From assembly GCA_002269645.1 (NCBI GenBank), contig NIVC01000299.1, positions 1-64,000 of the forward strand: DNA of 64,000 bases, read 5' to 3'. The number at the start of each line of letters is the position of its first letter. Position 1 is the first letter of the stretch. This stretch comes from Macrostomum lignano. Lineage: Eukaryota. Both the position numbers and the translations under genes were made by a program. The notes beneath the pieces are model-generated. The model did not search any database. It worked only from the letters and a program-made list of their open reading frames with translations, and was not told the origin of the DNA. Positions 37,573 through 48,597 of the stretch are shown here, piece by piece.

Positions 37573-39901
37573 ATGCTGCAGTTTGTTTCGCTGTTCTCGC
37601 TTCTGCTGTTGCTTTCAGCGCCGTCGCCGGGCCGGGCGGACGAGCCGCACCACGGCCTGCTACACGTGGAGTTCGTGCAGTACGCGGTGCCCGACTCCAG
37701 GCTGGCCAGCGGCCACTACTGCGACAGCTTGTTCTTCTTGAAGAAGCGCGTCTCTCCCTGCGATCCGCAGGTCAATCTGTGCGTTGGCCCCGCCGGCGAC
37801 TTCAAAAGGTGAGACGCGACGTTTTGGACTGCTGAAAAAAAAGACAGATTGCTACTGCGTTTCTCAGCAACTCCCCTTCACGGCATCTCAGCAACTCCCT
37901 CACGGCATCTCAGCAACTCCCACTCACGGCATCTCAGCAACTCCCTCACGGCATCTCAGCAACTCCCCTCACGGCATCTCAGCAACTCCCACTCACGGCA
38001 TCTCAGCAACTCCCCCTCACGGCATCTCAGAAACTCCCTCACGGCATCTCAGCAACTCCCCTTCACGACGGCATCTCAGCAACTCCCCTTCACGGCATCT
38101 CAGCAACTCCCCCTCACGGCATCTCAGCAACTCCCTCACGGCATCTCAGAAACTCCCTCACGGCATCTCAGCAACTCCCACTCACGGCATCTCAGCAACT
38201 CCCCTCACGGCATCTCAGCAACTCCCCTTCACGGCATCTCAGCAACTCCCCTCACGGCATCTCAGAAACTCCCTCACGGCATCTCAGCAACTCCCTCACG
38301 GCATCTCAGAAACTCCCTCACGGCATCTCAGAAACTCCCTCACTGCATCTCAGAAACTCCCTCACGGCATCTCAGCAACTCCCCCTCACGGCATCTCAGC
38401 AATTCCCACTCACGGCATCTCAGCAACTCCCTCACGGCATCTCAGCAACTCCCCTTCACGACGGCATCTCAGCAACTCCCCTTCACGGCATCTCAGCAAC
38501 TCCCCCTCACGGCATCTCAGCAACTCCCCTCACGGCATCTCAGCAACCCCCCCTCACGGCATCTCAGCAACCCCCCTTCACGGCATCTCAACAACTCCCC
38601 TCACGGCATCTCAGCAACTCCCTCACGGCATCTCAGCAACTCCCTCACGGCATCTCAGCAACTCCCCTTCACGGCATCTCAGCAACTCCCCTCACGGCAT
38701 CTCAGCAACTCCCCTCACGGCATCTCAGCAACTCCCCTCACGGCATCTCAGCAACTCCCTCACGGAATCTCAGAAACTCCCCTCACGGAATCTCAGCAAC
38801 TCCCTCACGGTATCTCAGCCTCCCAATTGAGCTTTGGATCTCAGCATTCCACCCCTCGATCCATGTAAAAAAAATTGTAAAAATAAAGATTTTTTAGCAT
38901 AATCTCCAGATTTTCTCGAAGCTCTCATACTCATGCCTTGCTGCTCCATTCAACGCCGACTTCGCCCGCAGCTGCTCCGTGGCCAAAATCGCCCTGCCGT
39001 GGATCAAAAACTCGGACAGCGTCAACTTTGGTTCAAAAATCGGCGGCATGTCCAACCCGGTGACGCAGCCGTTCAGCAAGCTGCCGGAGGCCCTGTCTCT
39101 GTCCTCCACCATCTACGACCATGACAGGGTGGGCAGCGCGGACCTCATCGAGACGCTGCAGAGGAGCTCCGTGACGCCCACCAAGAGCAAGCAGACTGTG
39201 CAGCTGAGCCACAGGACCCAGTGAGAGCTTTTAGCAGCTGATGTGTTTAGTCATTGGATGGCAAATATTTGCGGAGATGGCAGCCCACTGCAGTGTCTGT
39301 TGGAGGATGTGGGGCAATTAGAAGTTAACTTAGTAGTTAGGCTATTGAAGTTTGGCTCTGCCGCAGATCAAGGTGACCCTATTCTGCTGACACCTGAGCA
39401 CACAAAGGCACACGGATGCGTACGCAGGCACGTAACTTTCCCTGAGCACTGCTAGCTGGTTAGGCAGTTTCCATAGAGTAGAAAGCACACAGCCACTCAG
39501 AGCTTTCTTCCCTCGCCGGTTGCAGCCTCCGCATCCGGCTGTGGATCAGCTGCGCCACCAACTACTACGGCTACCTGTGCCGCCTGTTCAACCACTGCCA
39601 CACCAAGCCGTGCGGAGACCACGGTCGCTGCATCAACTCGGCCGCCTCGTTCCGGTGCAGCTGCCAGGCCGGCTGGAGCGGCGAGCGCTGCGACAAGAAC
39701 GACTCGGCCGGTAATCCGTGCGCCGGGCGCAAGGCCAAGCGCTTCCACGTGTGCCGGTTAAAGTACAAGCGCGGCCGGCCGAGCCTCATCGCGGTGGAGT
39801 ACGTGACTAAGCCCGTGGCCAGAGGCGACAGTTGCGAAATGAGCCGCAGCAAGAAAACCGTGACCGGCTCCAAGGCCAGCAGCATGTGCCGGCACGGTTA
39901 A
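37573..39901 (+). CDS. Secreted Notch-ligand-like protein: N-terminal C2/MNNL-like domain, truncated DSL-like motif, one EGF, no TM (286 aa)
   Basis: Exons 37573-37808, 38972-39220 and 39526-39901 (phases 2,2; 861 nt). Signal peptide MLQFVSLFSLLLLLSA; GLLHVEFVQY..RLASGHYCD..CDPQVNLC; CATNYYGYLC; EGF CHTKPCGDHGRCINSAASFRCSCQAGWSGERC; AATAAA near 39935. Confidence 0.8.
37858..38822. repeat. ~22-25-bp minisatellite (CACGGCATCTCAGCAACTCCCCT)n in intron 1
   Basis: Read directly, with variable C-run length; lies within intron 37809-38971. Confidence 0.96.
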
Positions 39902-40414
39902 TCAGTCTGTCTTTGATGATCTTCAAAACTCTACAATAAAAAAGAAACAAATTTATTTGCAAACTGTTCTACACGTAGAAGGGTTGTCAATAAGAATTTT
40001 CTGATTGAATATATTGTCAGAGCAAGTGAAAAATTTAAAAAATCCTGTTCTTGGAATACTGCAACTGTCTATGGTAAAATCCCTGACAAATTTATCGATT
40101 TTTAATGTTGCATCCCTGCAGTCCCGGCCTAGGCAGTGCGGTGGGTCCTACATGGTACAGTATTTAATACATTACGGGTCCTTGCCAGCCTGCGCTCGAG
40201 CGCGAGTGCGAGCAATCTCCCAAAGTCTGGGGCGTCAGGATGCACCCACGCAGCCTTCCCACGCGTCGGGACGCGGTGATGTCGGCCACCTTCAGCAAGA
40301 CGTCGGGACGCACAGGCTTGCGTTCAGATTACGCAATACAGTACCGATGTGTCTAACCTAGGTCGGCGTCAGGACACTAGCCCCACAGCCCACCACCCCA
40401 CCAGGGGGAAAGCA

Positions 40415-40490
40415 GCACCGCCCGCCGCCCGGCCCAGCCAATCAGTAACTCGCCAAAAAAGGGCAAAGCTGACCGCAGCCAATCACAGCT
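40415..40490 (+). promoter_or_regulatory. Putative promoter: GC boxes plus two NF-Y-type CCAAT boxes
   Basis: AGCCAATCAG (CCAAT at 40438) and AGCCAATCAC (40479), 41 bp apart, preceded by CCGCCC motifs. Downstream splice signals (donor 40834, acceptor 40895, donor 40955, acceptor 41077) suggest 5'-UTR exons leading to the MSP-domain gene. Confidence 0.35.
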
Positions 40491-41147
40491 CAGAGCCCGA
40501 GATAAACAACAATACCGCTTAAGCCCAACTGCGGTATACGCGATGGGGGGATGACCCACAACGAAAAAAGGGACGCAAAAAGGGGTGACTCAGACCGTCG
40601 GAGGACAGAATGCCCTCGCACTGCAAAAGTGCGCGTGTATATAGTGCATACGGCAAAGTAATATACGCCAAATTTGTCATGGCGTCAATGACCATTACAA
40701 ATTGCAATTGTTCATAACAAGACACTACCCCGGCCTTTCACGGGCAGGTCACACAATCTACTGACTTCACAACAAGCTGGGGTATGAAAATGAGAGGAAT
40801 GCAAATTATCGGTAGATTTATGAAGGTTCTCAGGTGAGCCGAGCAGAAATTTAATCCTCGCATTTCTTTCAAACAAAATCATCTGGTTTTTCCAGCGTTC
40901 TTCCTCGTAGGAACAACGACTCTTTCTCAGCTCCGTTGGTAAAATAGTCGACAGGTATGGCTCGTATAAAATATGATGATAAGTTTTAAAAAGGAGAGAG
41001 GCTGTCAGCAACGTTACTATAGCTGGTAATTCAAAGCGTGTGCCTTCGAGCGCATCTGTGCGGTTGTGCGTGTTCAGGGTTCAACGGAATGGGCATTAAT
41101 GCTTGCCTCCTCGGCATGTCGGAGATTTATTAATAACGCTATTTTTT

Positions 41148-44100
41148 ATGATACCAAACCACTCTATGGCCAAATCGCATGCCTTACTGAGCAGCAATAC
41201 TCAACTGAAGATGCTATATAAAACGCACATCGCCCCTCACGTAAAGCTGAGCAACGCCTTTGCCAGAATGTTCAACCGCAGCGACATCGCCTTCCCGCAG
41301 CAGGAGATCATCGTGACGCGGAACACCAACCGGGACAGCTGGGTCGGTCACTGCGAGGTCTTCAACCGAAACCCCACCGAGTGCATCGGCGTGATTGTGC
41401 GCCAGCTGGATCGGAACTACCACTACAACTATCGCCTGCTCGAGGGCTCCAGCTTCCTGCTGCAGCCATCCGGCAGCATCAACGACTTTCACAGCTTCAA
41501 GTTCATGGTGGTGTTCAATGACGACAAGGGCGGCTACGTTGGCGACATTGACAAGGTGATGAAAGGCGCCGACAGGGAGCAGATCGAGCGTATGGTAGAG
41601 AAAGGTCACAGCATGCTGCTGGAGGATCTCTGCATCGTCTACGGCAACGTGCTGAACTCCGTCGACTGGAAGGCTCGCCTGGAGAAGTTCGCGCCCTACA
41701 AGGCGAGCATCCGGGTCCGGATTCCCAGCCTGCCGTTCACCAAGCGGCGAACGATTCTCATCCCGGAGGTTGGGGCGCAGAACCATCGGGTCAACGAATC
41801 CAACGATATCCTGCTGGACGCGGCGGCGACGCGGCAGGAGGAGCTGGACCAGGGCGATCAGCAGATCCGGCGGGTGCTGCGCATCCGGAAGTTCACAGAC
41901 TTTGAAATCCGAGCCCAGCGATTGTTTCGAAATTTTACCAACCCGAGCGAACCGTATAAGGCTGAGCACGCCGAGGTTTACCCGAACCGCTACATCCAGT
42001 TCAAGCGAGAGACCCGCATCCAGCTGAAGAAGGGGAAGCGCTCCTACAACCCCTGGATCGGAGAGGTCACCATCCGCAATCACGCGCCCAGCCACTATCT
42101 GATCTACAAGCTGAGGACCACAGCGCCCCAGCACTATGTTGTGATGCCTACCGAGGGCGTTCTAATGCCAAGATTCCGTCGCAAGATGTTCAGCTTAAAG
42201 TACCAAACGTCGAAGTTCTCCGAGACACTGGAGCATTTAAACAAAACTAACGGAATGGCGTCGAATTCTTCTAATAACAATGTTTTGCCAACTAATTCGT
42301 CAGCTGCGTTTGGAGACGATGCGGGTGAGACTGGTTAGTAAAAAACGTTGGTACAACCTTCATCGCTTGACTTTAACGCCCTGTGACTTTATATTTCTAT
42401 AGAATTTGTGAGACCTAGTGTATTGACAGTTTTTATTTAGGATTCACAATCCACGAAGCCAATTTTTTGACTCAGCTTTCCCTTGTGCCTCCCTACACAC
42501 CAAAGATGCGATCGAGACGGCCAGTTCAAAAGCGGAGCAAATCCAGCCGGACATCATGATGGACAAGAAGTTCTTCCGCTCGTCAGTCAGCCGCAGCGCA
42601 CCGCAGAACAAGGTCCGCTGCGACAATCACCGTTTCGCTGACACACAGAATTTCGCCTCGATGGCCAGAGATACTCTGAATGAGAAGGAGCACGAAGAGC
42701 AGGCAGACTCCGTGTCCATCCGCTTCCTTTACAGCGATGTGATCGCGGAGGGCGAGGCTCTCAGCTCATCCGGCGAGTCAGCTTTTAACAAGCCCTCCTA
42801 TTTAAGGCATCAGGAGCAGCAACAACAGCAAGCACCAAAGCAGCAGCAGCAGCAGAAGCAACAGCAGCAGCAGCATAACAGCAACGTGAGCAATGCCGAT
42901 AGTGCTAATTTTTTTCGACGAGGCTCCTCTAGAAACTCTGAGATTGCTGGGCTCAGTTCCGCATTAAAAGAGACGGGGTTCGATGATCAGCGCATGACTC
43001 TGGGGGGCCAGCAGTCCGGCGAGCTCTACTCGGGTGATGTTAGCCGTTCATCAGCCGATCTCACCCGCCTCATGGCCACTGCTGGCGGCATTGGCAACGC
43101 AGATGCCCTCGGCCGCAATGACGACTCCCCAAGGCTGCTGCGAACCATGCAGAGAAAGAAAGACCTCGCAGTTTGGATGAAAATGGCCGCAACTGAGCGA
43201 AGCGCGGAAGTCAAGGACGAAAAGAATCACGTGCAGAGTCACGTGTTTTTATTGGACGTAGCATTCGTAGATCCTTATGCAGTGGACGAGCGAAACTACA
43301 ACATCGAAGAGCTGTTTCGACACACGGAGACCCTCACTGGTGGCTACAAGATGAGCCGTTGTTTTTACCCATACTTTGTTCCGGAGGACACTATCTCCGG
43401 CCCAGTGATTGTCTATCCAAAGAATGACGTCATAATTGATCGGGGAATCGGAAGCCCGCACGTGCACTGGCTGACGGAGATCTACCTGGTGAATATCTAC
43501 AAGGCGTCGCTGTACTACTGCATCATTCCTCAAGAGGAGGATTACGGCCAGCTGGAACTCGGTGACGAGATACTGGTGACCCCGCGGTTCGGACAGCTGC
43601 TGCATTACTCGGAGAAGCGAAAGTTCGGTGGCGGTGCCCAGGAGTCAACGATGTCAGATAGCCTCTGCGAGCAGATACAGATATACCTAAGGTAAAATCT
43701 GATAGCTTCAAACTGCGAAGTCTGTCTGCATATAGCATTGACGGTTTGACACTTTATTTGATATTAAGAAGGCATTAATATAATATTGAGAAAAAGTGGG
43801 TTCAATCTTTTTTTCACTTAAACTTAACCAAACTTCAGGTACACACGAACTTGCTTCATGGAGGACGGCCCAATCTTCAAGCTGCACATATTTTTCTTCA
43901 CTAAATGCAACGCGCCTTCGTGGCTTGCCGATCCTGCAAGTGACGATGTACAGCTGGACATGAGCAACCCGCTTTACCAGAACGCCCTGCACAAAGCCCT
44001 CGACGTTGTCACTGTGCGAATTTTCATCAAGGATGCCGAACAGCAAATCACAGCCAAGAACGTGATGACATACGACGACCTTGATGACACTGAGGACGTC

Positions 44101-44997
44101 TTCCGGCCGATGAAAGGCGAAGGTGGCCAGCTGCTATGCGATCCGGTTGGCTCGCAGCAGGCCGCTGCGTACATGGCACCTTCGGATGCTTCGTCGCGAG
44201 TGGGCAGCGAATCGCAGAAGACGGCACAAGCACTCAGTGGCACCAGCACGGAAGTCGCCCTGGTACCCCGCGACATTTCACTGCGGATAATCGATTCAAC
44301 GGCTGCCCGCGGTATTGGCGAGCTGCTGCACCACGCCAGCAGTGCCTGCGAGACCGTGCACTCGTTCAGACAGGCCGCAGATCCTGCTTTGGAGCTCAAC
44401 TACGACTGCGACACTCTAGGCATGACATCTTTGTCCTATCAGCCCGACCTAATGACACCCACCAGATCTCTCCGCCTTACTGGAAATCAGCTGCCTCAGA
44501 AATATTCCGCTCAGCAGTTCCAGCAGCAGATTCAGGGACGCGATTCGGACCTGTTCGACAATTCTCGTTTTTCGCTGATATCTGACGATCCACTTCTGCC
44601 CCTGCCACCGCAGGCGGCCTCAACACAACCTGCCGCTTTGCCGCCGCCTGAAGTACAACAGCAACAACAGCAACAAGAACAACAGCAGCAGCAGCAGCAA
44701 CAACAAGAGCAACAACAGCAACAAGAACAACAGCAACAGCTGAATTTGCCGTTGCAGGCGCGGCTTAAGCAAAGGAGGCCATCGCTGCTGCTTGACGTGT
44801 CGCCACATTCGCAACTGCCTGATCCGATGCCAAGGCCGCCGCAGCCGACGCAGCCAGTTGCGCAGACGCTTTCATTGTCACAGAAGTCGTTGGAGCAGCA
44901 ACCACAGCAGCAGCTGGCCCTGCGCAGCGACTCTCCTCGGGCGTCTAGAAAAGTGTCTGCCGATGTTGACAAAAGCGAGGAACAGGCGGAAGACTAG
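41148..44997 (+). CDS. Large protein (~1,183 aa) with MSP/VAP-like Ig-fold domain(s) and polyQ tracts
   Basis: Exons 41148-42324, 42476-43691 and 43839-44997 (phases 1,2; 3552 nt). Clear MSP signature EVTIRNHAPSHYLIYKLRTTAPQHYVVMPTEGVLMP, plus two more divergent similar segments. The start ATG is uncertain (41148 or 41211). Confidence 0.72.
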
Positions 44998-45724
44998 CAG
45001 CAGCAGCAGCAGCAGGAGCGAGGGCGAAGACAATGAAACGTTATAAAGCAAGCCTGAGACGCTCGTAACTGTAGTCAGTTTCACGTACTGTAGTTAACTG
45101 AATGAAACTTGCTTTTGTGAATTGCTTATTAGTACATGCATAGACACCTGCGTTTTGCTCTGAAACTCGGACGAGAGTTTGAATTTTGATTTTTTAATAT
45201 TTTTCGTGGACAGTTTATGCACGAATGTAGCTCCAGCCAGGGTACGCCTTTGTTCTCAATGAAAGCATCTAATAAGCTCAAACTGCAAGTTGCGCATAAA
45301 CAGGTCCTTGAATTGTCTCGGAGGAAAAAATCGGCTCAAATAAAGTCAGTAAGGCCTTTTTAACTACTCAAATAGTAGTAGCCGCAGTGACTGCAAATCG
45401 TAAAAAGAAACTACTTGTTTTTCAATGATGGTACCATGTCCTTTTTTGAAAAATTGGAATAAACTGCAGGGCAAAATAGCAAACGCTAGTTCTGGCTTAA
45501 GCAGAACTGTTAGAGTAAAAGATAGCCAGCAGAAAAACAAACAACGCAGACATGTAAAGAATTGACATACTGGCTGTTTTGTTTTACTGAGGTGAGTGGT
45601 CTGTCGGATTATAAAAGTACATTTACGAGTAAAGAGGGAGAGAGAGAGAGAGAGAGAGATGAAACTTCCACCAAACCAAACACTGAGTTTTAATCCAGTT
45701 TTTTTAACAACTCATCGTCCGGCG

Positions 45725-46084
45725 TCAAGGCGTCGGGGCCAGGAGGGTGACGGAGGCACAGCCGGCCATGCAGACACCGTTGGCGGCGTTGCAGGCCAGG
45801 ATGGCGGCGGGCACGGCAGTGCCACCCGTGGAGACCCCGGCAACGCCTCCGGCGGCGGCCACGCAGGCGACCCAGACGGTGTTGCAGCCGGTCTGGCAGA
45901 CCCCGTAGCTGGCCACAGCGCCGATAATACCGGCCTCGGCCTGCAGCTGCGGCCCGCCGATCAGCAGCAAAGCCAGCAGGGCGACTTTGGTGACGAACTG
46001 GATAGCTGAATCAAAGCGAACGTAATAAAAGCAGTTTATGGTATGCACACTTGTACTACGAGCTAATTTTAAATTCTTAAGCAT
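45725..46084 (-). CDS. Small secreted 6-Cys peptide, copy 1
   Basis: Hydrophobic signal VALLALLLIGGPQLQAEA followed by YGVCQTGCNTVWVAC..CNAANGVCMAGCASVTLLAPTP. The 5' part may include a phase-1 intron (TTCAG acceptor), as in copy 2. Confidence 0.85.
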   Translation of the reverse strand: MLKNLKLARSTSVHTINCFYYVRFDSAIQFVTKVALLALLLIGGPQLQAEAGIIGAVASYGVCQTGCNTVWVACVAAAGGVAGVSTGGTAVPAAILACNAANGVCMAGCASVTLLAPTP

Positions 46085-46937
46085 GGGTTCTTTTCTTAGA
46101 CTTATGAATAAACAAGTTCCTAGCGTCCTTTATTAATTATTTGTGTGAGTTTTTAATATAAAATTATAATATACTTATCCATTGCAAATTCGCTAGGTGA
46201 GATCTGTTGCTGAACGATTCGTTCGCAATAATCTGACAGCAGACTTTGTGTCGCGAGAACAGGGGGAATTTCTGGCTGAACAGCCTCAACTACTTGTATT
46301 TATGGTGGTCCTTCCCTGCGTACGTACGGCCTGCCATGGGGTAGAGGGGTGGGGGGGGGTTAGACAGGGAAGCGAAAACAGTTTTAACTTGCGTTCCTCT
46401 GTGCTTGCAAAGGGCGTGAGTGGCGAGTGGGTACATTTGAATTTCCAAGAAATCTATTTTTCTTTCTTTCCTGGAAATTCCAATCTAGGCATTTTAGCAC
46501 GTGCTGGCTAAGACTTGTCGCTAAATTTTTATTGCGAGTGCGCCTGCACTTGCTCCCCTCTTTTTCTTTCTCTATCTGCCCCTGGGCCCTGTCTAACCAT
46601 CCACCTTATCTTTAATTATTCAATGCCTCGGCCACAAATCAACATGTACGCCATCCTCCGTTCCGCCTGTCTCTTTTCTACGTTTGTTCGTTCGTTATTC
46701 TGAAAATGTACGTTCAACCTCCCGCTGTACTTGTCTGGACCCAGTCCCTTCTTATTCAACATGGACGCTGTATTGGGTATGGGGGGTTGGTAGAGTTGGG
46801 CTTGGGCTGTCGTTCTCTCCTTTGTAGCGTACACTATGCAATGCACAAGGCCCAACTTTCCACAACAGGGGGGTTCATAGTCCGCCCATGGGCTTCCTCT
46901 CAACTTTCGGGTACACTCAATGCCACTCACTCTTAAC

Positions 46938-47663
46938 TAGGGATTGCAAATCCCGGCTGTCCCCCGGGATCCCGGACTAAGCAATGGCTCAATCCCGGGA
47001 TCCCGGACCCAATCCCGGGATTGACATTTTAAATATTTTTGCCGATAGAAGGCCAGAAAACCCGCTTTTTTAAACGTTTTTTAAAGTAGTAACTTTTCTA
47101 TTTGATTTTACTAAAAAAACGAGAACACAAATGTGTAAAGCAGTAATAGTGTGTAATACATTTTATATTTCTCGACTTGACAGCATTACCGAGTATTCTA
47201 TTATCTAATATATAATGGTTTCTTTTCTTGTTTTGTTATTTTCTACACTTGTAACTTACGAGCTTGTAATCGTAATACATGCATGCAAAATTATCTCCCA
47301 GTCATTTTTCAATGCTTTTATGTACATAACACAAAGTTACACAACCTCACAAGTTACACAAGTAACACAAGTAGTCAATTACACAAACACAACACAAGTT
47401 TGAGACTCGCATGTATTGTCTGTATTGTATAATTTGTATTGTATCACGATTACGAGAATCGAGAGTCACGTCACGATCACGACTCATGATCACGACGCGC
47501 GAATGTTACTTGTGTAATGTATTTAAAATACAAAAATTTTGATATTTCCTGGATATCACCCACTTTATAAAAAAAGTTTCCAATCCCGGGATCCCGAGCC
47601 CCTAATCCCGGGATTCCGTCAGGCCAAAAAGTGTCCGGCCGGATCCCGGGATTGCAATCCCTA
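46938..47663. mobile_element. Non-autonomous hAT-type MITE (726 bp), TIR TAGGGATTGCAA(A)TCCCGG
   Basis: TIRs at both ends; perfect 8-bp TSD CTCTTAAC at 46930-46937 and 47664-47671; subterminal CCCGGGAT repeats. Confidence 0.92.
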
Positions 47664-47834
47664 CTCTTAACACCAACCACTCGAGGCTTGTTTTAAATAA
47701 TCAATCGATAAAATTAAATGTACACTTGCGGCAAGCTGTGTTTCGATTGTAAAAGAAGGGGAAGAAAGTGGCCAAGGGCACCCCCCCACAAGGCAGGCAG
47801 GCCGGCCCGAGCGCGCAAACGCGGTTCGCCTCGC

Positions 47835-48506
47835 CATCATAAACCCGAAAAATCACAACTCCGAAAGCACTTCCCATCATAAACCCGAAATATCACAAAC
47901 CCGAAATATCACAAACCCGAAATATCACAAACCCGAAATATCACAAACCCGAAATATCAAAAACCCGAAATAACACAAACCCGAAATATCACAAACCCGA
48001 AATATCACAAACCCGAAATATCACAAACCCGAAATATCATAAACCCGAAATACCATAACTCCGAAATTAATAGCAGGGCCCATCATAAACCCGAAATATC
48101 ATAAACCCGAAAAATCACAACTCCGAAATTAATAGCAGGGCCCATCATAAACCCGAAATATCATAAACCCGAAAAATCACAACTCCGAAAGCTAAAATAG
48201 TGTTGGACATTGCTAGAAATTTTGGAGTTATGATATTTCGAGTTTATGATATTTCGGATTTATGATGGGCGTTGCTATTTTGTTTTTCGGAGCTGTGATT
48301 TTTCGGGCTTATGATTTTTCGAGTTTATGATGTGCGTTGTTATCAATTTCGGAGTTATGAGATATTTCGGGTTTGTGATGTTTTGGGTTTGTGATATTTC
48401 GGGTTTGTGATATTTCGGGTTTGTGATATTTCGGGTTTATGATATGATATTTCGTGTTTATGATGGAAAGCGCTTTTCGGAGTTGTGATTTTTCGGGTTT
48501 GTGATG
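47835..48506. mobile_element. Foldback element built from inverted arrays of a 16-bp unit (ATCACAAACCCGAAAT)
   Basis: The left arm has tandem ATCACAAACCCGAAAT units and the right arm has their reverse complement. Termini CATCATAAACCCGAAAAATCACAACT and AGTTGTGATTTTTCGGGTTTGTGATG; TSD unresolved. Confidence 0.75.
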
Positions 48507-48597
48507 CCCCCCTCGCAAACGCAATGACATAATAAAATTAGAAAAGTACACTATTTACGCTTCATAGGTCATATACAAAAGTAACGATAATAATAGA

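Noticed and set aside
40784-40954. Two small upstream exons as coding exons of the MSP-domain gene
   Set aside because: The second exon (40896-40954) has stops in all three frames, so these are at most 5'-UTR exons or a uORF.
41214-42134. 306-aa minus-strand ORF (and similar antisense ORFs at 10945-11472, 13273-13851 and 63708-63977)
   Set aside because: These are shadows of GC3-rich plus-strand exons with recognisable domains and have no motifs of their own.
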